Assembly (NCBI GenBank): GCA_965204745.1
Contig: OZ242010.1
Location: 4,640,001-4,704,000, forward strand
Length of the DNA stretch: 64,000 bases
From: Candidatus Latescibacterota bacterium
Lineage (GTDB): Bacteria > Latescibacterota > UBA2968
Direction: 5' to 3'
Position numbers and translations under genes: made by a program. This document shows positions 51,450 through 61,304 of the stretch, piece by piece (within the stretch, counting starts at the first letter, position 1; each line of letters opens with the position of its first letter). Under the pieces are notes generated by a model. That model did not search any database and was not told the DNA's origin. It saw nothing but the letters and a program-made list of their open reading frames with translations.

Positions 51450-52742
51450 ATGACCAAAATCACGATGACCGCGAATAAAGGTCAAACCCATGTGCAACGC
51501 GCTGTGTCTGGCGCGACCCGCTTGTTTTTCGTTCTGGTGCTGTGTCTGATCATCGCGCCCGCGGCGTGGAGTGGCTATCAAGAAGGCAAGGATGCGTACA
51601 ACCGCAAGGACTACGCGACTGCGCGCAAAGAACTGCAACCCGTCGCCGAGCAAGGCGATGCCGAGGCGCAGTATCTCATCGGCTATATGTATTACAAAGG
51701 CCAAGGCGTGAAGACAGACGGTGCAGAGGCCACAAAATGGCTTGGCAAGGCCGCAGAACAAGGCCATCTCAAAGCACAAGTGCGCCTTGGCATGATGTAT
51801 CGCCTCGGCTATTCGGGCGTGGCGGAAAACTACGTGGAGGCCGCAAAGTGGCTTGGCAAAGCCGCAGATCAAGGCGATGCCAAAGCCCAGTACAATCTCG
51901 CCTTGCTGTATGTCAGAGGCCAAGGCGTCAATAAAAACATAGAGGAGGCCGTGGATTGGATTCACAAGGCCGCAGAGCAAGGCTATGTCCAAGCCCAACT
52001 CGCTCTTGTTGATATGTACTCCAAAGGGCAGGGCGTGCCGCAAGATCCTGTGGAGGCCGTAAAGTGGCTTCGCATGGCCGCAGAACAAGGCGACGGCAAA
52101 GCCCAATTCGCTCTTGCTGAGATATATTACAAAGGGAAGGGAGTAGATAAAGACAATGCGGAGGCCGCAAAGTGGCTCCGCATGGCCGCAGAACAAGGCG
52201 ATGCCGAAGCCCAGTTCCAACTTTTCGAGATGTATTTCAAAGGGCAGGGCGTTCCGCAAGATCCTGTGGAGGCCGTAAAGTGGCTCCGCATGGCCGCAGA
52301 ACAAGGCCACGACAAAGCCCAAGTTGTTCTTACACTGATGAATGACAATGGGCAGGGCGTGCCGAAAGACAACGCGGAGTTTGTCAAAAGGCTTCTCAAG
52401 GCGGCCGAGCAAGGCGATGCCAAAGCCCAACTTGTTCTTGCAGAGAGGTATTACAAAGGAGAGGGCGTTGAAAAAGACGATGCGGAGACCGTAAAGTGGG
52501 TTCGCAAATCCGCAGACCAAGGCTATGCTCACGCTCAATTCTCTCTCGGTGGGCTATATGCTCAAGGTGCGTTGGGCGTGCCGAAAGACATTGTGGAGGC
52601 CCACAAGTGGTGGCACTTGGCTGCGGCACAGGGTCACGAGGATGCGCGCAAAAATCTCGATAAAATTGCCAGACAGATGGCCCCTTCTCAACTCGCCGAA
52701 GCGGAGAAACGGGCACGCGAATGGAGGAAAAGTGAGCGATGA
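51450..52742 (+). CDS. Sel1-like repeat protein 2
   Basis: Paralog of 50117; AAGGAG RBS. Confidence 0.95.
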   Translation: MTKITMTANKGQTHVQRAVSGATRLFFVLVLCLIIAPAAWSGYQEGKDAYNRKDYATARKELQPVAEQGDAEAQYLIGYMYYKGQGVKTDGAEATKWLGKAAEQGHLKAQVRLGMMYRLGYSGVAENYVEAAKWLGKAADQGDAKAQYNLALLYVRGQGVNKNIEEAVDWIHKAAEQGYVQAQLALVDMYSKGQGVPQDPVEAVKWLRMAAEQGDGKAQFALAEIYYKGKGVDKDNAEAAKWLRMAAEQGDAEAQFQLFEMYFKGQGVPQDPVEAVKWLRMAAEQGHDKAQVVLTLMNDNGQGVPKDNAEFVKRLLKAAEQGDAKAQLVLAERYYKGEGVEKDDAETVKWVRKSADQGYAHAQFSLGGLYAQGALGVPKDIVEAHKWWHLAAAQGHEDARKNLDKIARQMAPSQLAEAEKRAREWRKSER

Positions 52743-52888
52743 GTATCCGCAATGGTCAAGGCCGCTCATCTTGTTTGTCGAGATATGTGGCCTTGACCCG
52801 TATTATTCATTACTTTGTGCAACCGAATTGTGCAACAACCCGTCGGGCTTCTTCTATTTTCCCAACCCACAAAATGAAGGAGATTATC

Positions 52889-53959
52889 ATGACCAAAATC
52901 ACGATGACCGCGAATAAAGGTCAAACCCATGTGCAACGCGCTGTGTCTGGCGCGACCCGCTTGTTTTTCGTTCTGGTGCTGTGTCTGATCATCGCGCCCT
53001 CGGCGTGGAGTGGCTATCAAGAGGGCAAGGATGCGTACAACCGCAAGGACTACGCGACGGCGCGCAAAGAACTGCAACCCGTTGCCGAGCAAGGCGATGC
53101 CGAGGCGCAGTATCTCATCGGCTATATGTATTACAAAGGCCAAGGCGTGAAGACAGACGGTGCAGAGGCCATAAAATGGCTTGGCATGGCCGCAGAGCAG
53201 GGCCAAATCAAAGCACAAGTGCGCCTTGGCATGATATATCGCTTCGGCTATTCGGGCGTGCCGAAAAACTACGCAGAGGCCGCAAAGTGGCTTGGCAAAG
53301 CCGCTGATCAAGGCGATGCCAAAGCCCAGTACAATCTCGCCTTGCTGTATTCCAGGGGCCAAGGCGTAGATAGAGACGAAGAGGCGTTTGTGGATTGGAT
53401 TCACAAAGCCGCAGACCAAGGCTATGCCCAAGCCCAGGTCCAACTTTTCCAGATGTATCGCAAAGGGCAGGGCGTTCCACAAGACACGGAGGAGGCCGTA
53501 AAGTGGGTTCGCAAAGCCGCAGAACAAGGTCATCCCCAAGCGCAACGCAACGTTGCTTATATGTATTACATAGGGGAGGGTGTTCCGAAAGACGATGCGA
53601 AGTCTGTAAAGTGGATTCGTAAAGCCGCAGAGTCAGGTCATCCGGAAGCCCAACTTGTCCTTGCAGAGAGGTATTACAAAGGGCAGGGCGTGCCGAAAGA
53701 CGATGCGGAGGCCGTAAAGTGGGTTCGCAAAGCCGCAGACCAAGGTTATGCTCTCGCTCAATTCTCTCTCGGTGGGCTATATGCTCAAGGTGCGTTGGGC
53801 GTGTCGAAAGACATTGTGGAGGTCCACAAGTGGTGGAGCTTGGCCGCGGCACAGGGTCACGAGAAGGCCCGCGAAGAACGCGATAAGCTCGCCCAAGGTA
53901 TGACCGCAGATCAAATTGCCGAAGCGGAGAAACGGGCACGCGAGTGGAGGAAAAAGTGA
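52889..53959 (+). CDS. Sel1-like repeat protein 3
   Basis: Paralog of 50117 and 51450. Confidence 0.95.
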   Translation: MTKITMTANKGQTHVQRAVSGATRLFFVLVLCLIIAPSAWSGYQEGKDAYNRKDYATARKELQPVAEQGDAEAQYLIGYMYYKGQGVKTDGAEAIKWLGMAAEQGQIKAQVRLGMIYRFGYSGVPKNYAEAAKWLGKAADQGDAKAQYNLALLYSRGQGVDRDEEAFVDWIHKAADQGYAQAQVQLFQMYRKGQGVPQDTEEAVKWVRKAAEQGHPQAQRNVAYMYYIGEGVPKDDAKSVKWIRKAAESGHPEAQLVLAERYYKGQGVPKDDAEAVKWVRKAADQGYALAQFSLGGLYAQGALGVSKDIVEVHKWWSLAAAQGHEKAREERDKLAQGMTADQIAEAEKRAREWRKK

Positions 53960-54122
53960 GCGATGAGTATCCGCAATGGTCAAGGCCGCTCATCTTGTTT
54001 GTCGAGATATGTGGCCTTGACCAGTATAATTCATTACTTTGTGCAACCGAATTGTGCAACAACCCGTCGGGCTTCTTCCACTTTCCCAACCAACAAATCA
54101 TTCTCACTCGAAAGATACTCCG

Positions 54123-54857
54123 ATGCGTTTCATAAAAGTATTCCTCCTTCTCATCATCAACCTTTTGGCATTGCACTCAACGGTGGTCGCGAAAAAAAAA
54201 CACCGAATCAGTGTGGATGTAGGGTTGGCGAATTACACAAACCGCGATGACCTCGCATCGCCATTGCTGTATAAGGGGCGTCAAAAAACTTATAGACTTT
54301 CATATACTTACAAAGGGATGAAGACTTGGCACTGGGTGCAAGTAGGGATTATGACAGGCGAATTAAAAACGAGTTCAAGAAGTTCGGCTGACCATTATTA
54401 TGGGCGCATCCAATACGGCTATGCGCGTCTATTGGGGCCGAGGGCAAACATGACTTTTTGGTTGGGAGGCAGTTGGGATAATCTGCTTTCTGCAAGAGAT
54501 TATTCTTTTATGGAGTCTGTTGGAACAACGGGAACAGCGGCGTCAACCCTCAATGTAGCTCTTTTGTGCGAGCTATTATTCTTCCAAAAACAAAGGGTTG
54601 TTCTCGCCCTGTCCGCTCCGGTTTTAGGATATTTGGTACGCAATGGTTATGCCGTAACACCGCTGGAAATAACGAATCGGTTGACTACTCTAAACAGTTA
54701 TCAACGCGGTCGGTTTTCCTCCCTTTATGAACACACCCTTTCTGCACGTCTCAAATTGCGCCTGACCTATTGGTTCATCTACCAACGGTTTTCTCACCCT
54801 CGAAAAACAATTTCCGTCTTTCACGGCTTGAATGGGGGCATCTCGTTCCACTTTTGA
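54123..54857 (+). CDS. Putative outer membrane beta-barrel (DUF3316-like)
   Basis: Signal peptide, RDDLASPLLYKG, alternating aromatic strands, C-terminal ISFHF; adjacent to S41 peptidase. Confidence 0.65.
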   Translation: MRFIKVFLLLIINLLALHSTVVAKKKHRISVDVGLANYTNRDDLASPLLYKGRQKTYRLSYTYKGMKTWHWVQVGIMTGELKTSSRSSADHYYGRIQYGYARLLGPRANMTFWLGGSWDNLLSARDYSFMESVGTTGTAASTLNVALLCELLFFQKQRVVLALSAPVLGYLVRNGYAVTPLEITNRLTTLNSYQRGRFSSLYEHTLSARLKLRLTYWFIYQRFSHPRKTISVFHGLNGGISFHF

Positions 54858-54868
54858 AAGGGATCGCC

Positions 54869-55900
54869 ATGCGTTTTGTAACTCGAACAGTTGGCCTCAT
54901 ATTGTTGCCCATGTTGCTCTCTTGTGGCAAAACCTTAGTCGGTTCTGACCCTGCCAACACGCCGCAGAACAATTTCCAAATTTTATGGGATGAATTTGAC
55001 CGCTATTATGCTTTATTCGAGGTCAAAAACGTCGATTGGCAAGCCCTGTATGACCTCTACGCGCCGCAGGTCACGGATCAGACAGATGACCACACGCTCT
55101 TTGATATTATGGCCTCAATGTTGGCTCATTTAGACGATGGTCATGTCGGTCTCATCGCGCCGTTCAAGGGCGTTAACACACGCTATGCAGACGGGCGATC
55201 ACGGCCTGAAAGTACGCTCAATTTAGATCTTGTGAAAAGCAAATACTTAAACTCTGAATTTCAAACCGCAGGGAATGGTTTTTTCACTTCTGGTCAAATT
55301 TCTGATACAATAGGCTATTTACATATTGCGTCTTTTAGCAGTAGGAATGGGAGTGCGTGGGTAGAAACAATAGATCCCATTGTGAACAAATTTTTTGATC
55401 ATAGCGGCTTAATTATAGATGTAAGAAACAATTCTGGTGGAAACGCCGACAACACCGATGCAATTGCGGGACGCTTTGCAGACCAGAAGAGAGTATCCGC
55501 GCTTCTTCAAACGCGCAATGGGCCTCGGCATTCAGATTTTACCCCCATTCGAGAAAGATATGTCGAGCCTATAGGAAACAAACAATTTACCAAACCCATT
55601 GTCGTGCTCACGGATAGACGGACAGTAAGTGCTGGTGAATATTTCGTCTTAGCGATGAAGCAACTTTCTTATGTTACAACAGTCGGAGACGTTACGGCCG
55701 GGAACCTATCACATAATATCTCTCGAGAACTTCCCAATGGTTGGACATATCGAATCTCCATCGGAAAATGGTTTTCGGTTGACAATGTTTCGCATGAAGG
55801 CGTTGGCATTCCCCCGGATATTCGCGTTGCGGTCTCGCCTTCAGATGCAGACATGGAAAAAGACGCGGTGATTGAGATGGCGATACAAGTACTCCGATAA
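54869..55900 (+). CDS. S41 family peptidase lipoprotein
   Basis: LLSC lipobox, LDDGHV, IIDVRNNSGG, TVSAGE, EGVGIPPD. Confidence 0.92.
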   Translation: MRFVTRTVGLILLPMLLSCGKTLVGSDPANTPQNNFQILWDEFDRYYALFEVKNVDWQALYDLYAPQVTDQTDDHTLFDIMASMLAHLDDGHVGLIAPFKGVNTRYADGRSRPESTLNLDLVKSKYLNSEFQTAGNGFFTSGQISDTIGYLHIASFSSRNGSAWVETIDPIVNKFFDHSGLIIDVRNNSGGNADNTDAIAGRFADQKRVSALLQTRNGPRHSDFTPIRERYVEPIGNKQFTKPIVVLTDRRTVSAGEYFVLAMKQLSYVTTVGDVTAGNLSHNISRELPNGWTYRISIGKWFSVDNVSHEGVGIPPDIRVAVSPSDADMEKDAVIEMAIQVLR

Positions 55901-56087
55901 TTTCTTCAAAGCAATCAGGCCGTATCTGAATCAGACGGACAACAAATAATCACAGCGCTATGGTTTCTGAATGCTGATGAACTGCTGTCGCAGTTGTACT
56001 CACCTCTTGCATCTCACCTCTTGCCTTTTGTATCTGTCCGTTGACGAACTGCTGTCGCAGTTGTACCCCGTTCCATGGAGGTGTTTT

Positions 56088-58511
56088 ATGCTTTGGAATT
56101 ATCTCATCATTGGATTGCGGCATTTGCGCCAATCCACATTTTATTCCCTGCTGAATATCCTGGGACTCGCCGTGGGGATTGGATGCGTGTTGTTGGCGAT
56201 GTTGTATGTCGAGCATCAGTTTCGGTTTGACCAGCACCACGAAAAGAGCGACCGCATTTACCTGTTGATGCGAAAACTCGAAGATGCGGGCGGCACGCAC
56301 TACGATCTGGGAACAAAGCCAGTCGCGCCGCATCTGCGCGGCAGGTTTCCCGAAGTCGAAGCCGTGACCCGCACGCTCATGCGATCCATGTGGGCGTCTC
56401 GGGGGAATCGCGGGTCGAGTGCGCGCGTTTGCGTGACCGATGCAGAGATGTTCGACATTTTTACGCTGCCGATGGTGGCGGGCGATCCCCAAACCGGGCT
56501 GAACGCGCCCAACACGGCTTTTCTCTCGCAAGCCCTGGCGCGCAAGTTGTTCGGCGAGGAAGACCCCATAAACAAAACGGTCAAGATCAAATACAAGTGG
56601 CTGGAAGGCTATTTTACGATCACGGGGATAATGAAGAACCAACCCAAGACCTCAAACGACAAATTGCGCTTCGACTTTCTCACCACCACGTATCCGCCCA
56701 ATCCGCAATGGCGACCCAGGGTGTGGGAAATCTGGCCCTCGGCTTGGCCCCTCGGCCCCTTGCGGACGTACGTCCTCCTGCGCGAGAACGCCGATGTCGC
56801 TGAACTGAAGCAGAAATTGCGCGATTTTGCAGCAGAGCACCAATCGGATGCGGGCGATACGCGCTACGATTACGATTTGCAACCGCTCGACCGCGTGCAT
56901 TTGTATTCCATGCAAAATTACGGCACTGCCGAGGCCAATGCGGGCGACATTACGCGCTGCTACATCCTGCTCGCTGTCGGGTTGCTGGTGCTGTTGATCG
57001 CGTGCATCAACTACGTCAACTTGGTGACCGCGCGATCCGCCAATCGGGTGCGCGAAGTGGGCCTCCGCAAGGTGGTGGGCGCGACCCGGTTGCAACTGAT
57101 GGGTCAATTTTTGGGCGAATCCCTGCTGCTGGTGTTGCCCGCAGGTGTGCTGGCCGTGTTGTTCGCGTCATCAGCCCTGCCCTTTTTCAATGATATTTTG
57201 GAGGTCGATCTGAACTTGACAGACGCGGGCTTGGCATTTGCCGCGCTGTTTTCCCTGCTCACTTTGTCGAGCGTGGGCCTGGCCGCCGGAACCTATCCGG
57301 CCTTTGTCTTGTCCGGGTTCGACCCGGTTCGAGCGTTGAAAGGCGCCTTGCGGTTTCGGCGTGCGGGGTTGAACCAAGTGATGGTCATTTTGCAATTCGG
57401 CGTGTCTGTGATCTTGATCATCTGCACGTTGGTGGTGTACCTGCAACTGGTGTTCGTGCGGTCCAAAGAACTGGGGTTTGACAAGGAACAGATCGTCATC
57501 CTCCCGTTCTTTTTGAAAGACCGCGACCTACGCCCCAAGGTGGGCGCCATCCTCAATGAATTGCGCGGTCAGCAGGGGGTGTTGAACGCGTCGGCGTTTC
57601 ACCTGCCGCCCGGGCAAATCGCTGTGGATGCGAAAACCATGCGCGCCGAAGGGCATGGCAATGAGAAATTCAAGCTGTATTGGAACGCCATTGACGACGA
57701 TTATTTGGCGTCGTTCGGCTTGTCTCTCGCCGCGGGCAGGGACTTGGCAGGCATATCGCCTCGCCCGCGCAAAATTGGCCCGAACAAGTGGGAATCAGCC
57801 ACCTTGATCAACGAGACCGCAGCGAAAATGCTCGGCTGGGACGAGCCTGTGGGCAAGTTTCTCACCGAGTATGGTGGCCGGCTTCAGGTTCGCGTGATCG
57901 GCGTGGTGAAGGATTATCACAACCAGTCGTTGCACTACGGCATCGAGCCGATGATGTTGCAAAATTCCACCAGTTTGAGCAGGGTTGCCGTGCGCTTGGC
58001 ACCGGGGGATCTCCAGGCGCGACTGGCCGGGCTGGAAAGCGTGTGGAAGCAATTTTTGCCCATGCGGCCGTTTGAGTATGAATTTCTCGACGAGCGCCTC
58101 GACGCGTATTACAAGGCGGAACTGACCCTGCAAGAGGTGACCGGGGTGTTTGCCGCGCTGTCCATTTTCATTTCCTGCTTGGGGATGCTCGGCTTGATCG
58201 CATTTGCCGCCCAACAGCGCACCAAGGAAATCGGCATCCGCAAAGTGCTCGGCGCGTCGACGGCTGCGGTCATCCTGTTGCTGACCCGCAATTTCCTGTG
58301 GCTGGCTGCTATCGCCAACCTCATCGGCTGGCCCGTGGCGTATTACGTCATGTCCGCGTGGCTCGACAATTTCGCGTACCGCATCTCCCTCGGGCCAATG
58401 GTATTCCTCGTGACCGGCCTGGTCTCTTTGGGGATCGTGTTCATCACCGTCGGCGGTCAAGCCTATCGCGTGGCCTCTGCCAACCCCGCCAATGCCCTGC
58501 GGGATGAATAA
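56088..58511 (+). CDS. MacB/FtsX-like ABC permease (duplicated architecture)
   Basis: NILGLAVG, IACINYVNL, REVGLRKVVGA, RTKEIGIRKVLGA, NPANALRDE. Confidence 0.93.
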   Translation: MLWNYLIIGLRHLRQSTFYSLLNILGLAVGIGCVLLAMLYVEHQFRFDQHHEKSDRIYLLMRKLEDAGGTHYDLGTKPVAPHLRGRFPEVEAVTRTLMRSMWASRGNRGSSARVCVTDAEMFDIFTLPMVAGDPQTGLNAPNTAFLSQALARKLFGEEDPINKTVKIKYKWLEGYFTITGIMKNQPKTSNDKLRFDFLTTTYPPNPQWRPRVWEIWPSAWPLGPLRTYVLLRENADVAELKQKLRDFAAEHQSDAGDTRYDYDLQPLDRVHLYSMQNYGTAEANAGDITRCYILLAVGLLVLLIACINYVNLVTARSANRVREVGLRKVVGATRLQLMGQFLGESLLLVLPAGVLAVLFASSALPFFNDILEVDLNLTDAGLAFAALFSLLTLSSVGLAAGTYPAFVLSGFDPVRALKGALRFRRAGLNQVMVILQFGVSVILIICTLVVYLQLVFVRSKELGFDKEQIVILPFFLKDRDLRPKVGAILNELRGQQGVLNASAFHLPPGQIAVDAKTMRAEGHGNEKFKLYWNAIDDDYLASFGLSLAAGRDLAGISPRPRKIGPNKWESATLINETAAKMLGWDEPVGKFLTEYGGRLQVRVIGVVKDYHNQSLHYGIEPMMLQNSTSLSRVAVRLAPGDLQARLAGLESVWKQFLPMRPFEYEFLDERLDAYYKAELTLQEVTGVFAALSIFISCLGMLGLIAFAAQQRTKEIGIRKVLGASTAAVILLLTRNFLWLAAIANLIGWPVAYYVMSAWLDNFAYRISLGPMVFLVTGLVSLGIVFITVGGQAYRVASANPANALRDE

Positions 58512-58571
58512 CTCGTGCAACGGCGTTCACGCCAATCGCACCAAATCGACGCCACACTTCGGAGACGCGCC

Positions 58572-59459
58572 ATGGTCATTCGCATTTCAAACCTGACGAA
58601 AACGTATCGGCGCGGGGACGTGCCCGCGTTGGACGACGTCACCTTGAGCATCCCACACGGCACATTTGGCTTGCTGGGCCCCAACGGCGCCGGCAAAACC
58701 ACCCTGATCAAAATTCTCTCCACGCAGATGGACGCCTCCCACGGCAGCGTGGCGATGGACGACCTCGATCTGGTCAAAAACCGTGCAGAAATCCGGCGGC
58801 GCATGGGGTATTTGCCGCAACATTTTGGCACCTATCCCCAACTCACGGGCTGGGAATTTCTCGATTACATGGGCATTTTAGGCGGCCTGCACAACAAGCG
58901 GGAACGGCGCACGCACGTGGAAGAGGCCCTCGACGCGGTCGGGTTGTACGATGCGCGCAATCGGCGTTCCGGCAAATTTTCTGGGGGCATGATGCGCCGC
59001 CTCGGCATCGCGCAAGCCATCTTGACGGACCCGGAATTTCTGATTGTCGATGAACCCACTGTGGGCCTCGACCCGGAAGAACGCATCCGGTTTCGGGGCA
59101 TCTTGGGCCGCTTGAGCAGTGACCGCGCCATTTTGATCTCCACGCACATCGTAGGCGATATTTCGAGCACCTGCGAAAACCTCGCGGTCTTGCACACCGG
59201 GCACCTGATCTTTCGCGGTTCGCCCGCGGACCTCATCTCAAAAGCCGATGGCAAGACCTGGGAAACCAAGGTCGACGAGCCGCGCTTTGAAACCCTGTCG
59301 CAAGCGTTCCATGTGGTGACGGTCAACGTGGAAGGCGATCAAATGCACGTGCGAATGGTCGGCGACGACGATCCCCCGCCCAACGCCCAACCCGTCGCGC
59401 CCAACCTCGAAGATGCGTACGTCTATTTCATGGGCGACGACATCGAAGACAAGCACTAA
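58572..59459 (+). CDS. ABC transporter ATP-binding protein
   Basis: GPNGAGKTT, FSGGM, VDEPTVGLDP, STH. Confidence 0.95.
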   Translation: MVIRISNLTKTYRRGDVPALDDVTLSIPHGTFGLLGPNGAGKTTLIKILSTQMDASHGSVAMDDLDLVKNRAEIRRRMGYLPQHFGTYPQLTGWEFLDYMGILGGLHNKRERRTHVEEALDAVGLYDARNRRSGKFSGGMMRRLGIAQAILTDPEFLIVDEPTVGLDPEERIRFRGILGRLSSDRAILISTHIVGDISSTCENLAVLHTGHLIFRGSPADLISKADGKTWETKVDEPRFETLSQAFHVVTVNVEGDQMHVRMVGDDDPPPNAQPVAPNLEDAYVYFMGDDIEDKH

Positions 59460-59461
59460 AA

Positions 59462-59912
59462 GGCGTGAGAGGGGAGACGCAAGAGGTGAGAGGTAAGGGG
59501 AGTAAAGCTCCTTTGATGGCTTAATCTATGGTTGCTCTGATGGCATTGACCGAGGGCATAAAGCGATTAAAAATCCCTCACGCCATCCCCTCGCAAAACC
59601 GCTCGCCATTTCCCCTTTCTCGTAGGCACAGGCGTAGCCTACACCGAAGCGGAGCGAGTAATGGGGCGTCCCCCTCGCAAACCCCAACCGCAGGATACAA
59701 GACAGGGCTAACGCACACGGTAGGGCGGTGATGGGATGGGAACGCACGGGCGGAGAGGTGGCGTGGTGAGGCCGCACGGGCGGTTGGGCAGAGCGGCTGG
59801 GCACGCACGGGCGGAGAGGGGTAATCCGCGCAATCCCCTAATCCGCGCAAATCCGCGATTCAGACACGGCGGGGCGGTGGGTGGATCTTACCTCTTACCT
59901 CTTACCTCTTAC
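59462..59912. repeat. Composite repeat block (REP-A linker, insert module, ACGCACGGGCGG and AATCCGCG repeats, heptamers)
   Basis: Pieces match 4905-5070, 30620-30665 and 40388-40542. Confidence 0.75.
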
Positions 59913-60037
59913 TTGGGGATAGGGCTTGCGGTGGGGCGGAGCAGATGGGAAAATCACTTGACATCGCGAGCGGGATTGCGGATTATTTATTCTTGTTCCG
60001 CAAGTCGTTCAAACAATAGCACGTCAGGAGGCGTCCC

Positions 60038-61123
60038 ATGGCAGAATACGATACGATTCCCAAGCAGTTGATGCACCTCTACCCGCAAGACCTCATCCGC
60101 TTGGCACTCGGACGCGAGGATGTCGAAATTGAAGTTGAAGAAATCCTCGACACCGAACTCCCCAAGGTGGAAACGCGCCTGGTCGATAGCCTCCTTCGCG
60201 TGCGGATCGATGGCAAGGAAGCCTTGGTTCACATCGAATTTCAAACCGACGACAGCGCGAATATGGCTCGTCGCATGGCTTCCTATATCATCCGTCTCAT
60301 CGAGCAGTATGACTTGCCGGTCTATTCCTTTGTCATCTATCTGCGTCCCAATGCCGGGCGGAGCGATAAGGGATTTTTCCGCCAAGATCATGCCGACTTT
60401 CCCGTGCTGGTGCGCTACAAGGTGATTCGGTTGAGCGAGTTGGACGGGCAGGGCATTCTTGAAGGCGACCAGGCCGGCTTGCTTCCTTTCGCGCCATTGA
60501 TGAAGCCGCCTGTGGGGATGGGTTCCGAGGACTGGTTGCGTGCGTGTGTTCGCAAGGGCGATTCGGTTTCGTTGGATGAGGCAGACAAGGCGAATTATTT
60601 GGGTAGCTTGGCGGTCTTGAGTGGGTTGGCGTATGATCCTGCCACCATCAACCGAATTTTTTCACAGGAGGGTTTTATGGACGCGATTATGCGTGAGTCA
60701 TCGTTTGCCCAGTACCTCGAGAAACAGTTCAAGGAACAGTTTCTCGAGCAGGGAATCGAGCGCGGCATTGAGCAGGGAATCGAGCAGGGAATCGAGCGCG
60801 GCATTGAGCAGGGAATCGAGCAGGGAATCGAGCGCGGCATTGAGCAGGGAATCGAGCAGGGAATCGAGCAGGGAATCGAGCAGGGAATCGAGCGCGGCAT
60901 CGAGCAGGGAATCGAGCGCGGCATCGAGCAGGGAGTCAGAGAACGAGCGGTTGAAGACATCCTCGACGTGTTGGAGATTCGCTTTGATGTGGTCGTTGCC
61001 GGTCAGTTCGCCGCTCGCATTGCGACCATCGACGATTTGCAACGGCTCAAGCGGTTGCATCGTGCGGCGGTGCAAGCGGATGATCTGGCGGCCTTTCAGC
61101 GCGTGTTGGATGCGGAGATCTGA
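60038..61123 (+). CDS. Rpn/YhgA-like PD-(D/E)XK nuclease (recombination-promoting nuclease family)
   Basis: YDTIPKQL, VDSLL..LVHIEFQT..MARRMASY, LLPFAPLM, (E[QR]GI)n tail, LEIRF. Confidence 0.88.
   Translation: MAEYDTIPKQLMHLYPQDLIRLALGREDVEIEVEEILDTELPKVETRLVDSLLRVRIDGKEALVHIEFQTDDSANMARRMASYIIRLIEQYDLPVYSFVIYLRPNAGRSDKGFFRQDHADFPVLVRYKVIRLSELDGQGILEGDQAGLLPFAPLMKPPVGMGSEDWLRACVRKGDSVSLDEADKANYLGSLAVLSGLAYDPATINRIFSQEGFMDAIMRESSFAQYLEKQFKEQFLEQGIERGIEQGIEQGIERGIEQGIEQGIERGIEQGIEQGIEQGIEQGIERGIEQGIERGIEQGVRERAVEDILDVLEIRFDVVVAGQFAARIATIDDLQRLKRLHRAAVQADDLAAFQRVLDAEI
60746..60937 (+). repeat. 12-bp coding tandem repeat (EQGI/ERGI) x16
   Basis: GAGCAGGGAATC / GAGCGCGGCATY units. Confidence 0.95.
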
Positions 61124-61304
61124 CGCGCTTCCCTTAACGATACAAGCCCTCGCATGCTGACCCTGAACGAATCGTTCGGGGCCAGGCTATGCGAGGGCTT
61201 GTGCGTACATAGGACAATGGCGGGCGATAACCGCAGGAGATAAGACGGGGCTAACGCACCCGGCAGGGCGGGGACGAGTTGGGCACGCACTATCGGAGGT
61301 TGTC

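Noticed and set aside
52728-52742. Programmed frameshift fusing Sel1 genes 2 and 3
   Set aside because: A single-A deletion changes only the last residues, and gene 3 has its own RBS and start.
61132-61210. Integron attC site
   Set aside because: No matching RYYYAAC/GTTRRRY ends, no integrase and no cassette array.
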